Of a stretch of DNA of 41,558 nucleotides, positions 1 to 8,179 are shown piece after piece (position 1 is the stretch's first letter; each line of letters opens with the position of its first letter). Both the position numbers and the translations under genes were made by a program. Origin of the DNA: a virus; the UHGV virus genome UHGV-1354519; one strand, given 5' to 3'. The notes below the pieces were generated by a model, which made no database searches, was not told the origin of the DNA, and saw nothing but the letters and a program-made list of their open reading frames with translations.

Positions 1-46
1 TTACCATACATTATCCTCAAAATATATAGTAGAAATTTAATTTATT

Positions 47-358
47 CTATACTAGGTAATCATATACTTCCCATGCCTTATCGGTATTCAGCGATTTTGC
101 ATGAAGTAATGCACCTTTTTCTGTCCAGAGATAAAGCGTATGAGCATATTTAAGGTTACCTTGAATTTCAAGGTCAGCTTTAAATTTCTTTAATTCTTCT
201 CCCTGTAATGCGATATAATGTTTTCCTTCCGTATATCTTTTCTTATTATAAGAAAAATTATATTGCAAAATTTTAGGCTGCGTTCCGTAATTTCTTGCTA
301 GTTGCTCTGTTGTTAAAACTCTTATTCCATTTATTTCTATTACTTGTGGCAATTTCAT
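47..358 (-). CDS. ORF6N-domain protein (KilA-N-like DNA-binding, phage accessory)
   Basis: 103 aa. The C-terminal signature ...LYLWTEKGALLHAKSLNTDKAWEVYDYLV and N-terminal INGIRVLTTEQLARNYGT match my memory of the ORF6N family common in Clostridial phages. Confidence 0.55.
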   Translation of the reverse strand: MKLPQVIEINGIRVLTTEQLARNYGTQPKILQYNFSYNKKRYTEGKHYIALQGEELKKFKADLEIQGNLKYAHTLYLWTEKGALLHAKSLNTDKAWEVYDYLV

Positions 359-474
359 TTCATAATACCTCCATTTTCTGATTTGCCAAAACAGAGGTAC
401 AGTGCTATAATATTTATACCTCTATTTGGGGGTCGGGTAGTCGATTTCACTTTCTCAGGGTGCCGACTACCCTT

Positions 475-645
475 TTACTTTTTTAATTCTTCATATACCT
501 TTCTAATCCCTAATCTAATTATATCGGTACGTTTTTTTCCGGTAATTTCACAACAATAGTCCAGCATTTCTTCCTCTTCCTGTGAAGTTCGTATTTCAAA
601 ACGTCCTTTTTTAGGATTATCCGTTGGTCTACCTTTCGGACTCAT
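475..645 (-). CDS. ribbon-helix-helix (CopG/Arc-like) transcriptional regulator
   Basis: The track ORF starts at 675 inside its own promoter. The second ATG (MSPKGR...) has the RBS AAAGAGGTGA. A beta-strand RFEIRTSQEE followed by helices is the typical RHH fold. Confidence 0.5.
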   Translation of the reverse strand: MSPKGRPTDNPKKGRFEIRTSQEEEEMLDYCCEITGKKRTDIIRLGIRKVYEELKK

Positions 646-665
646 CAAATCACCTCTTTCTTTTT

Positions 666-709
666 GTCCGTACATTTATCATAATACATTTTGTACGGAC
701 ATTTGTCAA
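666..709 (-). promoter_or_regulatory. sigma-A type promoter (TTGACA-17-TATTAT) with 9-bp perfect inverted repeat GTCCGTACA/TGTACGGAC overlapping spacer and +1
   Basis: Read directly on the minus strand upstream of the RHH gene. The inverted-repeat arms are at 666-674 and 692-700. Confidence 0.45.
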
Positions 710-759
710 GAGGTAATTTTAAAAAGGACAAGTGAATTTCACTGCTCCTTATGTTCTTC

Positions 760-1458
760 TTAAAACTCATCTACCAACATCTTCACGTCTTGATATATTT
801 CCTTGTAAGGCGTCTCCTTTTCTATAAGCTTGCGAATTCTCATCTTAACCAGAGTTTCCAAAGACTTTAACTCCATGAGCGTTTCCTGTGACAGTTCATC
901 ACGTTTTCCACTCTGAATTCCCATCTTACTATTTATCAGCTTTGTAAATAGCACGTAGTACCTATCTGCATTTTTACTCCCCTGCTCTTTTGCATACTCC
1001 ACAAAGAGTTTAATCTGGTCTGTTTCATATCGTCTTGCCTCTTTGGATTCGTTACGAATTCCAAGCCACTTTTTATCTTTTTCGGAAGTTATGTAATAGC
1101 CATTCTTTTTAATTGATTGAATAATGTCGTACACCCAATCAAAGTATTGGTCAGCTATCTCTGTTGTTGACCATCTTATTACATCTAAAATGCCTCTTTC
1201 GTCATACATAAAAATACTTGTCTTTTTTCCTAAATCTCTTGGCCTCGGGGACAAATTGTCACCCACCACTTCTACATAGCGTTGCTGTAATTTTTCGTAA
1301 TGTCTTAAATGAATTTTCTTTATCGCATCTTGTGGATTTTTATACTGTAGCGCATATCCAATCTGTGTTCTGCTCATATAGATGTTGTTTTCCTCATCTA
1401 CATAAAAATCACATCTAGTCCCTAAAAATTCTCCTTGCTTTACAAGTTTCAGTTTCAT
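760..1458 (-). CDS. phage antirepressor-like protein (Bro-N-like N-terminus, KilA-C-like C-terminus)
   Basis: 232 aa. The N-terminal segment FLGTRCDFYVDEENNIYMSRTQIGYAL...PQDAIKKI resembles the Bro-N/AntA domain. Confidence 0.5.
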   Translation of the reverse strand: MKLKLVKQGEFLGTRCDFYVDEENNIYMSRTQIGYALQYKNPQDAIKKIHLRHYEKLQQRYVEVVGDNLSPRPRDLGKKTSIFMYDERGILDVIRWSTTEIADQYFDWVYDIIQSIKKNGYYITSEKDKKWLGIRNESKEARRYETDQIKLFVEYAKEQGSKNADRYYVLFTKLINSKMGIQSGKRDELSQETLMELKSLETLVKMRIRKLIEKETPYKEIYQDVKMLVDEF

Positions 1459-1570
1459 AATTCCATATCCTTTCTATTTTTATGCATCAAAATAGGACGC
1501 AGCATTCGCTACGCCCTCCAGCTTTCCGGGGAGATCAGGAACATATCCTGAAAGGACTCCTCCCCTATTT

Positions 1571-2746
1571 TCAATTTTCTTCATTTTTCACACGCTCCCC
1601 TGCCAAATCAGAAAGCAGGTCTTGAATCTTACTATAATTTTTCGTCATAAAGTGCTGGTTTGCCCAGTCTTCTTCAATTTTCGGTTTTCCGAGCACTTCC
1701 AAAATGTCATTGATCGTAAATGCTCCGCTTGAGATCAGCTTGTCTACTGGAGTTGCAATATCAAAAATATCAATATGCTTGACTGCCAGAGTCTCTATCT
1801 TCACATAATTTCCAGCTTTAAATCCTGTGTATCCGTTTCTCTTTCTGTTGATCTCCTGCTGCAGCATCTTAATGAGCGGATCTATCACAAAGGTCAGAAG
1901 TTCATCAATCGCTTTCCCTGTATCCTGTACATCTCCTTTGGCCAGACTCGGTGGGAAAGAAAATGCTCTTGCTGTAAATTCAAAGATGTCATCAGCTAAA
2001 GACTTGATATCTCGTGTTGACTCTGTAGAATACGTCTTTCCGCTTTCTGAAATATCCTGATATTCGTATCCGTCAAACAATGGCAACACCGCACTGTCGC
2101 TTTCAAAGAAGTTCTTAAAATGCGTGCTCATCAACTCCTGGAATGTTTCATCGAAATTCTCACTTTCCTGTGCAATTGCTCCAATATTCAGGATTCCTTT
2201 TTTTCCTCTTGATTTTTTATAGGCATCCTGCGCATATATCAGTAATTTTGAATACGTTTCATACATCCCATTTGTGAGATTCCTCATATTCTCTGAATTT
2301 AATTCGAAAAACATGACTTCCGACATTTCCCGTGTTTCAGACAATTCGTAACCGTCAAATGTGATCCCGCTGAATCTGTACTCCTTCAATGCCAGCACCT
2401 CTTTGCTGTAACTGTCTGCCACATAAATGTGATTGTTTACTTCTACCACAAGGCATTCATTGTTCCGGTACAGCTTGCCAATCAGCTTATTCATGAATGA
2501 TGTTGCATTCTGGTTCTGATTTGGTTCGTAATTCCAAAGATAATACTCCTGTCCTTTTACTTCTTTCTTCTTGATATACGTTTTAAATTCGCATTTGCTG
2601 ATGGCATTTGCAATTTTATTGACACAAGTCCAGAAAGCCAGCTCTCTCAGATACACTTCGTACATAGCACTCTGTACATCTTTATCTTTCATAATGTCAT
2701 CCACTGTGATCCTTGTGGTACTGCTGCCTCCAAGTTTTTTGATCAA
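1571..2746 (-). CDS. portal protein (HK97-family size class)
   Basis: 391 aa. It lies immediately downstream of the large terminase. Size and position are typical of a portal. Confidence 0.55.
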   Translation of the reverse strand: MIKKLGGSSTTRITVDDIMKDKDVQSAMYEVYLRELAFWTCVNKIANAISKCEFKTYIKKKEVKGQEYYLWNYEPNQNQNATSFMNKLIGKLYRNNECLVVEVNNHIYVADSYSKEVLALKEYRFSGITFDGYELSETREMSEVMFFELNSENMRNLTNGMYETYSKLLIYAQDAYKKSRGKKGILNIGAIAQESENFDETFQELMSTHFKNFFESDSAVLPLFDGYEYQDISESGKTYSTESTRDIKSLADDIFEFTARAFSFPPSLAKGDVQDTGKAIDELLTFVIDPLIKMLQQEINRKRNGYTGFKAGNYVKIETLAVKHIDIFDIATPVDKLISSGAFTINDILEVLGKPKIEEDWANQHFMTKNYSKIQDLLSDLAGERVKNEEN

Positions 2747-2782
2747 CCAGTCTTTAATACTTAATTTCCTACATTCACCCCC

Positions 2783-4495
2783 TTAATAACTGTAAACCTG
2801 TATTTTCGGTGTTGGTTTTGCCCGTTTCTGCGGCAGCACGTTTTCCACAGTCATCGCTGCTACAAATGCCATAAATGGGTCTGTTTTTCTGCTTTTTCCT
2901 TCTATTTTTCCGTATACATAATTTCCCATATCGGCATCATCCTCTTTTCCTGGTTTTCTTCCATGCCGGATTAGTTTTGCATTATTGGTGGCCCACCTTA
3001 ATTCTGGAGCATCTCCCCACCGCAACCATTGATTTACAAAGCAGCTATCAATCAGAGGTGCCACTTTCATAATGTCTGATGGCCGGATCAGCTTCAGATT
3101 CTTATTCACTTTCATATCAAATCCTATTTCCTGCAGATATTTTCCGATCAATGCAAAACGGAAATCATCCAAGGCCAAAGCTTTGATATTGTATGTGCGT
3201 TTTGCTTCCTGTATATAATTTGTAAGCAATGACGGATGTATTTCCACGTCATCTACAAGCGTCAGTCTTCCGGAATCCGCCCATTCTTTCCATGGAGCCT
3301 TGATCCTCGGAATATCTTTCGAATTTAGGCACATCCATGAATGGCTGATATCAAACCGTTCATCTCCATCTCGGAAATGAAGATCTACGGAAGCCCAATC
3401 TGTTAATTTTGTATAGTCAATTCCACATACACAGCTCCATCTTTCCAGATCCGGCAGTAAGATGTTGGTCGCTTTGATATTGTCCCACTCCGTTACACTC
3501 ATTTCTTCCGCATTTTCCGGAATATTCATTCGTTTTGTCATAAATGCCGGAAGTCTTCTCGGATTTTTCTTCCATTCCCTGTATTCTTTCCTGATCTCTT
3601 CCATAAGACTTGGCAGATATGGCAACGATGGATTTGCCATTGGCCAGTTTTCTTCCTGATCCACATCTTCCTTTTTATTCAGTTTACAGATAAATGGTAA
3701 TAACCCATTATCCGGTTCGCCACCCCGTAATATCTGTTCGGAAGTTTCCAGCAGATCATCCAGCGGTCCTTCCCGCACATCACCATTTGTCGTGTAGTAA
3801 GAACGTCTTGGATGTTTCTTCTTACCAAGTCCTGTCGTAAAGACGTTTATATTCTTATAGTCTTCATATTGATGGATCTCATTAAAAATACAGATTCCAG
3901 AACGAAGACCGTCTTTTCCTTTCGGACTGTTTGTTCTTCCCTTCATAATAGACTTTGTTTTCAAGCATAAAACCTGTTCTTTCGTCCATCGGAAGAATTT
4001 CTTTAATTTCTTTATCACAGACGGTCGTTCAAATGCGTTTATCACGTCATGGACTGGACGCATTGCCTGGTCCTCATTATTGGCGCAGATATCTACATCG
4101 TACTCTCTGATTCCATTATGCGGGGACATTAAACACACTGATTCGAGCGCAATTGTACCATCTTTTCCCGCTCCTCTCCCCAACATACAGAATAAATCCG
4201 GCCATCTTGGAAGCCCGGATTCTCTCCAATATGTGCAATCGTGTAGTCCGATCACAAACTTCTGCCAGGGAAATATTTCTTCAAACGGGAAGTATTTTGA
4301 CATCCCGATATATTTCTCCAACTGATCACAATCTATATAAATATCTTCATGCTCAAAACACCATTTTACATGCGCGACAAGCAGCTCCTGCTCTTCGCAT
4401 ACTGCATAGATTTTTTTCTCAACTATGTCGATCCATTCCTGAATATATGGATGTATGTTACAGCTCATCTTCATCATCTCCCGAATCATCGCCAA
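2783..4495 (-). CDS. terL: terminase large subunit
   Basis: 570 aa. It has the Walker-A-like motif LGRGAGKDGT and a Terminase_1-like layout. It overlaps the terS end. Confidence 0.85.
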   Translation of the reverse strand: MAMIREMMKMSCNIHPYIQEWIDIVEKKIYAVCEEQELLVAHVKWCFEHEDIYIDCDQLEKYIGMSKYFPFEEIFPWQKFVIGLHDCTYWRESGLPRWPDLFCMLGRGAGKDGTIALESVCLMSPHNGIREYDVDICANNEDQAMRPVHDVINAFERPSVIKKLKKFFRWTKEQVLCLKTKSIMKGRTNSPKGKDGLRSGICIFNEIHQYEDYKNINVFTTGLGKKKHPRRSYYTTNGDVREGPLDDLLETSEQILRGGEPDNGLLPFICKLNKKEDVDQEENWPMANPSLPYLPSLMEEIRKEYREWKKNPRRLPAFMTKRMNIPENAEEMSVTEWDNIKATNILLPDLERWSCVCGIDYTKLTDWASVDLHFRDGDERFDISHSWMCLNSKDIPRIKAPWKEWADSGRLTLVDDVEIHPSLLTNYIQEAKRTYNIKALALDDFRFALIGKYLQEIGFDMKVNKNLKLIRPSDIMKVAPLIDSCFVNQWLRWGDAPELRWATNNAKLIRHGRKPGKEDDADMGNYVYGKIEGKSRKTDPFMAFVAAMTVENVLPQKRAKPTPKIQVYSY

Positions 4496-4847
4496 CCGGC
4501 TTAATTCCTAGGCTGTCCAGTATTTTAAGCATTTGAGCATTGACCTTAATCCTCTGATCTATCGAGTCATTTTTCTTTTGCCCTTTTTGACCTCCTCCAT
4601 TATTATATTCAACGATAGCGCCTCTCTTTTTAATGTCTGCGATCAGTTCGTTCTCCAGGTCCCAGAAGTCCATATATTTATCGACCAAGTCGATGTAATA
4701 TTTCCCTGTGGTTCCATTCCGGGCCAGCTGATCAAGAAGGTCCTCTTTAATTTCCACTCGCAATAATTCTTTTCTTGTTTTTCTCGCCCTTATACCACCC
4801 CCTCCGTCACGCGCGCACGAGAAATTTCTTTTGTCGGGAGCACCCAC
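4458..4847 (-). CDS. terS: terminase small subunit, P27 family (start uncertain)
   Basis: The sequence KYYIDLVDKYMDFWDLENELIADIKKRGAIVEY is P27-like. The track start is a GTG inside a GC-rich element; the true start is probably a downstream TTG/GTG near 4775. Confidence 0.6.
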   Translation of the reverse strand: MGAPDKRNFSCARDGGGGIRARKTRKELLRVEIKEDLLDQLARNGTTGKYYIDLVDKYMDFWDLENELIADIKKRGAIVEYNNGGGQKGQKKNDSIDQRIKVNAQMLKILDSLGIKPVGDDSGDDEDEL

Positions 4848-4916
4848 CGGTCTCTACGGGGCATATTAAAACCCGATTTTTTTCGACCGGGGGTATCCTG
4901 ACAATTTTATTTTTCT

Positions 4917-5255
4917 TTACCATCTTTCTTCTGTCAGCGGTTCTTTTTTCTTTGGCTGTCGATATCCATGAACCTCTTCATGACAATCATGGCACAGGCT
5001 GATTAGGTTTCTCCGCTTCTCGCCTCTGAAGCTGTACCAGATTTCCAATGCCTTGTCTGGATGCTTCTTTACATAATTCACATGATGAACCGTCGTTGCC
5101 TTTGTATACTTTCCGCGTTTCTTACATAACTGGCATTCATATTTATCAAGCTGTAGTACCTGTTCTCTTAATACTTTCCACTTGCCCCATGTATAGAATC
5201 TGTGGATATTTTCTCTTATGCATTTCTTTACAAATGCAATCTCATGTTCTGTCAT
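4917..5255 (-). CDS. HNH endonuclease (terminase-associated)
   Basis: 112 aa. It has the CxxC...HHxxxxxxH...CxxCH HNH motif and sits directly upstream of terS, as in HK97-like cos phages. Confidence 0.8.
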   Translation of the reverse strand: MTEHEIAFVKKCIRENIHRFYTWGKWKVLREQVLQLDKYECQLCKKRGKYTKATTVHHVNYVKKHPDKALEIWYSFRGEKRRNLISLCHDCHEEVHGYRQPKKKEPLTEERW

Positions 5256-5268
5256 ATTCTCACCTCAA

Positions 5269-5340
5269 TTGCAGGAGAAGGAATCGAACCTCCGACCTTC
5301 AGCTAAGGAGACTGACGAGCTTCCACTGCTCTATCCTGCT
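5269..5340 (-). tRNA. tRNA-Arg (anticodon CCU, reads AGG)
   Basis: The minus-strand cloverleaf was folded by hand. D arm GAGC/AGTGGAA/GCTC. Anticodon arm TCAGT-CTCCTTA-GCTGA. T arm GGAGG-TTCGATT-CCTTC. Acceptor 6/7 pairs, with A1:A72 unpaired. Confidence 0.55.
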
Positions 5341-5441
5341 ATATTTGTGCGATGTCGCACAGTGTAGGCTTTTGCCCAGAGCCTTTTATCGTCTTTGCTC
5401 AGGACGCAGAAAAGCATCCGGCTTTCGCCAGATGCTCTCTG

Positions 5442-5648
5442 CTATTTTCCATTATTCACTTCTTCTACAAATTGCTTCATCAGCTTTGTAAGCTGTGTTC
5501 CCATCGCAACACCAGATTCTTTGCAGGCTTCCTTGAACTCTTCTGCTACTTTCTTGTTAATCTTATATGTTTTTGGAACTAACCCTGCTTTCTCATCCCA
5601 CTTATCTTGTGGTCTCTGTTTCCTTTCTTCATTACCGAGCATGCTCAT
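5442..5648 (-). CDS. small RHH-like DNA-binding protein
   Basis: 68 aa. The segment TYKINKKVAEEFKEACKESGVAMGTQLTKLMKQFVEEV has a beta-strand plus two-helix pattern. Confidence 0.35.
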   Translation of the reverse strand: MSMLGNEERKQRPQDKWDEKAGLVPKTYKINKKVAEEFKEACKESGVAMGTQLTKLMKQFVEEVNNGK

Positions 5649-5789
5649 CCCTCACTTTCTTTATGAGGCAATAAACCAGCTTTGCTATTCCTATAGCAAT
5701 GAAGAATATTCCTAACTTCCACAACATCCTTTACACAAATGAGCTTTCATGTTATATTTATTTTGAAGAAGGGCTTTCGCCCCTCTTAG

Positions 5790-5909
5790 CTAATTAAATA
5801 GCTTGTCGAGAATCATTAAAAGGATTCCAACGAATAAGTCCAGAATCGCACTGACCGCCAATGTCTTTATATCGATTTTGGACTTTTTCTTTTGTTTCTT
5901 TTTGCTCAT
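5790..5909 (-). CDS. 39-aa lysine-rich membrane peptide (MSKKKQKKKSKIDIKTLAVSAILDLFVGILLMILDKLFN)
   Basis: It falls below the ORF-track cutoff. It has the RBS GGAGGTGAG, one predicted TM helix and a stem-loop after the stop. Confidence 0.3.
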   Translation of the reverse strand: MSKKKQKKKSKIDIKTLAVSAILDLFVGILLMILDKLFN

Positions 5910-5985
5910 TTGTATCTCACCTCCTTACAACTATATAATACCACATACGTATACGTATGTCAACACTTTTCTCAGAGGTTTTTAA

Positions 5986-6059
5986 TCCGGACAACGGGAA
6001 TCGAACCCGTGACACACAGCTTATAAGGCTTCTGCTCTAACCGACTGAGCTATGTCCGA
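5986..6059 (-). tRNA. tRNA-Ile (anticodon UAU, reads AUA), tentative
   Basis: The cloverleaf was folded by hand. D arm GCTC/AGTCGGTTA/GAGC. T arm ACGGG-TTCGATT-CCCGT. Acceptor TCGGACA/TGTCCGG. Anticodon loop CTTATAA. The anticodon stem is weak (A:G mismatch). Confidence 0.45.
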
Positions 6060-6068
6060 TCAACATTT

Positions 6069-6099
6069 ATACAAAAAACGCCCTGCATTTTCATGCAAG
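6069..6099 (-). terminator. intrinsic terminator after the late-activator gene (CTTGCAT-GAAA-ATGCAGG + GCGTTTTTTGTAT)
   Basis: Stem-loop plus U-run on the minus strand. Confidence 0.4.
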
Positions 6100-6200
6100 A
6101 CGCCCTTTTGTAATTTGTGTGTGGTTTTACTGGTTGTCTTTAGGAGGAAAACTAAAAACACCTTAGCCGTCCAGCTTGTTCCTTTCGGCTTTATACCATA

Positions 6201-6704
6201 TTAGCATTTTAAAACCGTCGTTTCCGTCGTTTTCTCAAATTTTTCTAAATATCTGTTATGTTTGCATCGGCAACTGTCCTCTGTATATGCTTTCCTTTTC
6301 TTTGGGAATACTTCATTCATCCTATGTGAGACCTGTACCCAACTTAGATCATCAATATAATAAAATCTGAGAATCATCCGGATTTCGCTTTTTTTAATTT
6401 GTCCTATATATTCCTCTACCTGTATCTGTTTCTCCAGAAGATCCGTCTCCAACATCTGCAGCTTTGCAATGCGCTTTTCAAGTAAAAACTCACGTTTTTC
6501 ATATTCTCTTTGTGGGAAGCCTGTTATTTTCACTGTTCGCAATGGTTTGTTGCCTTTCTTTCCACATGCAACAGAATCTTGCACAGTAATCTTGTTCAGT
6601 TGCTCTATTTTCTTTTTATCCTCTGCAATCCTACGTCTCAGATCTTTTATCTCTTCTTTCATGTCTGCATACTCAATCAGTATCTTCTTGTCCACTGGCA
6701 ACAC
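6201..6704 (-). CDS. putative late-gene transcriptional activator (ArpU/RinA-like, sigma-70 region-4-like)
   Basis: 167 aa. The C-terminal SEIRMILRFYYIDDLSWVQVSHRMN looks like a sigma region-4 HTH. It sits upstream of the tRNA/HNH/terminase block. Confidence 0.45.
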   Translation of the reverse strand: MLPVDKKILIEYADMKEEIKDLRRRIAEDKKKIEQLNKITVQDSVACGKKGNKPLRTVKITGFPQREYEKREFLLEKRIAKLQMLETDLLEKQIQVEEYIGQIKKSEIRMILRFYYIDDLSWVQVSHRMNEVFPKKRKAYTEDSCRCKHNRYLEKFEKTTETTVLKC

Positions 6705-6879
6705 TCCCTTTCGTATCTACTCCCCATTTTCTTAAGCAGTCTTCCACAGAGTACGCACCTCTTTGCATCCACTTCTTGGCATTCTCTGTTGGTTCATGTT
6801 CAGCCAGATCAGCAAAATGATCTTCTCGATCCCGTTTCATTTCCTTTGCGCTGCATCTGTGCTTTAAGGTTCCTCTCAT
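6673..6879 (-). CDS. hypothetical protein
   Basis: 68-aa ORF in an operon context. Confidence 0.3.
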   Translation of the reverse strand: MRGTLKHRCSAKEMKRDREDHFADLAEHEPTENAKKWMQRGAYSVEDCLRKWGVDTKGSVASGQEDTD

Positions 6880-7478
6880 GCCGTCACCTCGATCTCTTCT
6901 CCTGTCAGCTCTTCAAGCTTCTGTCGCATTTCCTCGATGGTCATTTTCTTTGTTTCGGTGCGTTCCCAAATGAGTTCAAGGTTGCTTTTAATAAACACAT
7001 CTTCTATGCATCCGAGTGATTCCGGAGTAATCCTATAGACTTTAACGATGTCTCCTCCTGTATACCCTTCCCATTTCAAGTCATCAGTGTAACCGTCTAT
7101 ATGATTGCATCTGCCTTTTCTTACTGCCTTCCCAGCCAATACAAGATACATGTTGCCATCTCTTTGTTCAACTACCATCCCGTCTTCCAGATCCGCCTTT
7201 GTAAATTCTTTCTGCATGTAATCACTCCATTCTAAGATTTCGTATCCTTCGCTATTGTAGTACCGATACGATGAGAGCATTCCGGATCCTGTATAGCATG
7301 TTTCTCCTTTGCACTTTTCATAATTCGTCTTTTCCATATAACTTTTGCCTGTGCACCATTTCATTCCATGTCCGTGCATCTGCCTGCAGAAATCTTTTGC
7401 TTCTTCCTCAGTCTTACAATGCATCACAATCTTATTGTCTTTATTTTTAAATTCATCCCAGTTAAATTTTTTCATCAT
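6876..7478 (-). CDS. hypothetical phage protein
   Basis: 200 aa. The start overlaps the stop of the upstream gene. Confidence 0.4.
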   Translation of the reverse strand: MMKKFNWDEFKNKDNKIVMHCKTEEEAKDFCRQMHGHGMKWCTGKSYMEKTNYEKCKGETCYTGSGMLSSYRYYNSEGYEILEWSDYMQKEFTKADLEDGMVVEQRDGNMYLVLAGKAVRKGRCNHIDGYTDDLKWEGYTGGDIVKVYRITPESLGCIEDVFIKSNLELIWERTETKKMTIEEMRQKLEELTGEEIEVTA

Positions 7479-7479
7479 C

Positions 7480-7671
7480 CTACCTCACTATCTTTCGCAC
7501 AATCCAATCTAAAAAAATCACAAATAACAGTATCGGAAACCCTCCAGCCAGAAGATAATCTGCTCCTTCTAGCTCTACTTCCTCTTCGATTCCTGTCTTT
7601 AAAGTAATCACTGTTCCAAGCCCCAGGATATAGTACAGGGCTAGGAATGCGATTGTGATTATGATGTCCAT
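7480..7671 (-). CDS. small membrane protein
   Basis: 63 aa with two hydrophobic helices. Confidence 0.4.
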   Translation of the reverse strand: MDIIITIAFLALYYILGLGTVITLKTGIEEEVELEGADYLLAGGFPILLFVIFLDWIVRKIVR

Positions 7672-7672
7672 G

Positions 7673-7807
7673 TTATTTCTCCTTGTATGGTTCTATCTGT
7701 TCTTTCGGCATCCACGCTGTCACGACATCGTACACTATTTCCTTATCTGTCCCAAATTCTTTGTCGCAAGCGTAGACCGAACCTCCATCATCACAAAATT
7801 TCCACAT
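7673..7807 (-). CDS. 44-aa small protein (MWKFCDDGGSVYACDKEFG...), in frame with the preceding gene after its TAA
   Basis: The frame stays open for 57 codons directly after the stop of 7847..8179. It falls below the track cutoff. Confidence 0.3.
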   Translation of the reverse strand: MWKFCDDGGSVYACDKEFGTDKEIVYDVVTAWMPKEQIEPYKEK

Positions 7808-7846
7808 ACCCACTCTATCTATGTATCCGTCGTCCACATTGCGCTC

Positions 7847-8179
7847 TTACGGATGGTATGTCTTTTCTTCTTCTGGGACCCAGTATGAATAATAGTCTCC
7901 AATCCATTCAGATGAGTGTACAGTAACTTTTACCATTTTTCCGACTTCCGGCAATTTCTCGCTTACCGGAATCCAACCGTCATTTTTCTTCCCATCTTCA
8001 TATCCTTGCATATAAAATTTTCTTCGGCTGCATTCTCTGCACTTCGGAACATCGCCCATATGAGAACGGATAATGTCTTTTGCCCAACCAACACTTACAT
8101 AATCATCACACATTCCGAATGATTCAAACTCTATCGCATGATCTTCAATCTCTTCCAAGATCTTCTCTAGTACGTTCAT
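7847..8179 (-). CDS. DUF551-like phage protein
   Basis: The segment GWIPVSEKLPEVGKMVKVTV...W matches the DUF551 signature as I recall it. Confidence 0.45.
   Translation of the reverse strand: MNVLEKILEEIEDHAIEFESFGMCDDYVSVGWAKDIIRSHMGDVPKCRECSRRKFYMQGYEDGKKNDGWIPVSEKLPEVGKMVKVTVHSSEWIGDYYSYWVPEEEKTYHP

Noticed and set aside
1491-1565. Nested hairpin GGGGAG-TCAGGA-ACATA-TCCTGA-AAGGA-CTCCCC followed by TATTTTCAATTTTC between the portal and the Bro-N gene
   Set aside because: It reads as a terminator only on the plus strand, where no gene is present. On the coding minus strand it lacks a U-tract. It is probably just intergenic secondary structure or a terminator for convergent read-through.
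4153-4536. Numerous plus-strand ORFs of 60-180 aa embedded antisense within long minus-strand genes (for example 4153..4536, 6510..7019, 10429..10959, 13903..14355, 14957..15469, 26188..26811, 33225..33680, 33975..34508, 38914..39243)
   Set aside because: They overlap well-supported minus-strand genes with recognisable domains. They have low-complexity Ser/Leu/Phe-rich translations and lack RBS signals. They are treated as shadow ORFs.
5986-6059. Possibility that the second tRNA is a mis-fold, or a suppressor or other isoacceptor, and not Ile-UAU
   Set aside because: The D and T arms and the acceptor are canonical. The anticodon stem has one A:G mismatch, so the anticodon register could be off. 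It is kept as a tentative tRNA, not rejected, and needs tRNAscan-SE confirmation.
6201-6704. YIDD tetrapeptide (FYYIDDLSW) that could suggest a reverse-transcriptase YxDD motif; more generally, a search for a DGR or retron
   Set aside because: The protein is only 167 aa with a sigma region-4-like HTH and no RT fingers/palm motifs. No RT-sized ORF or template/variable repeat pair occurs anywhere in the window.
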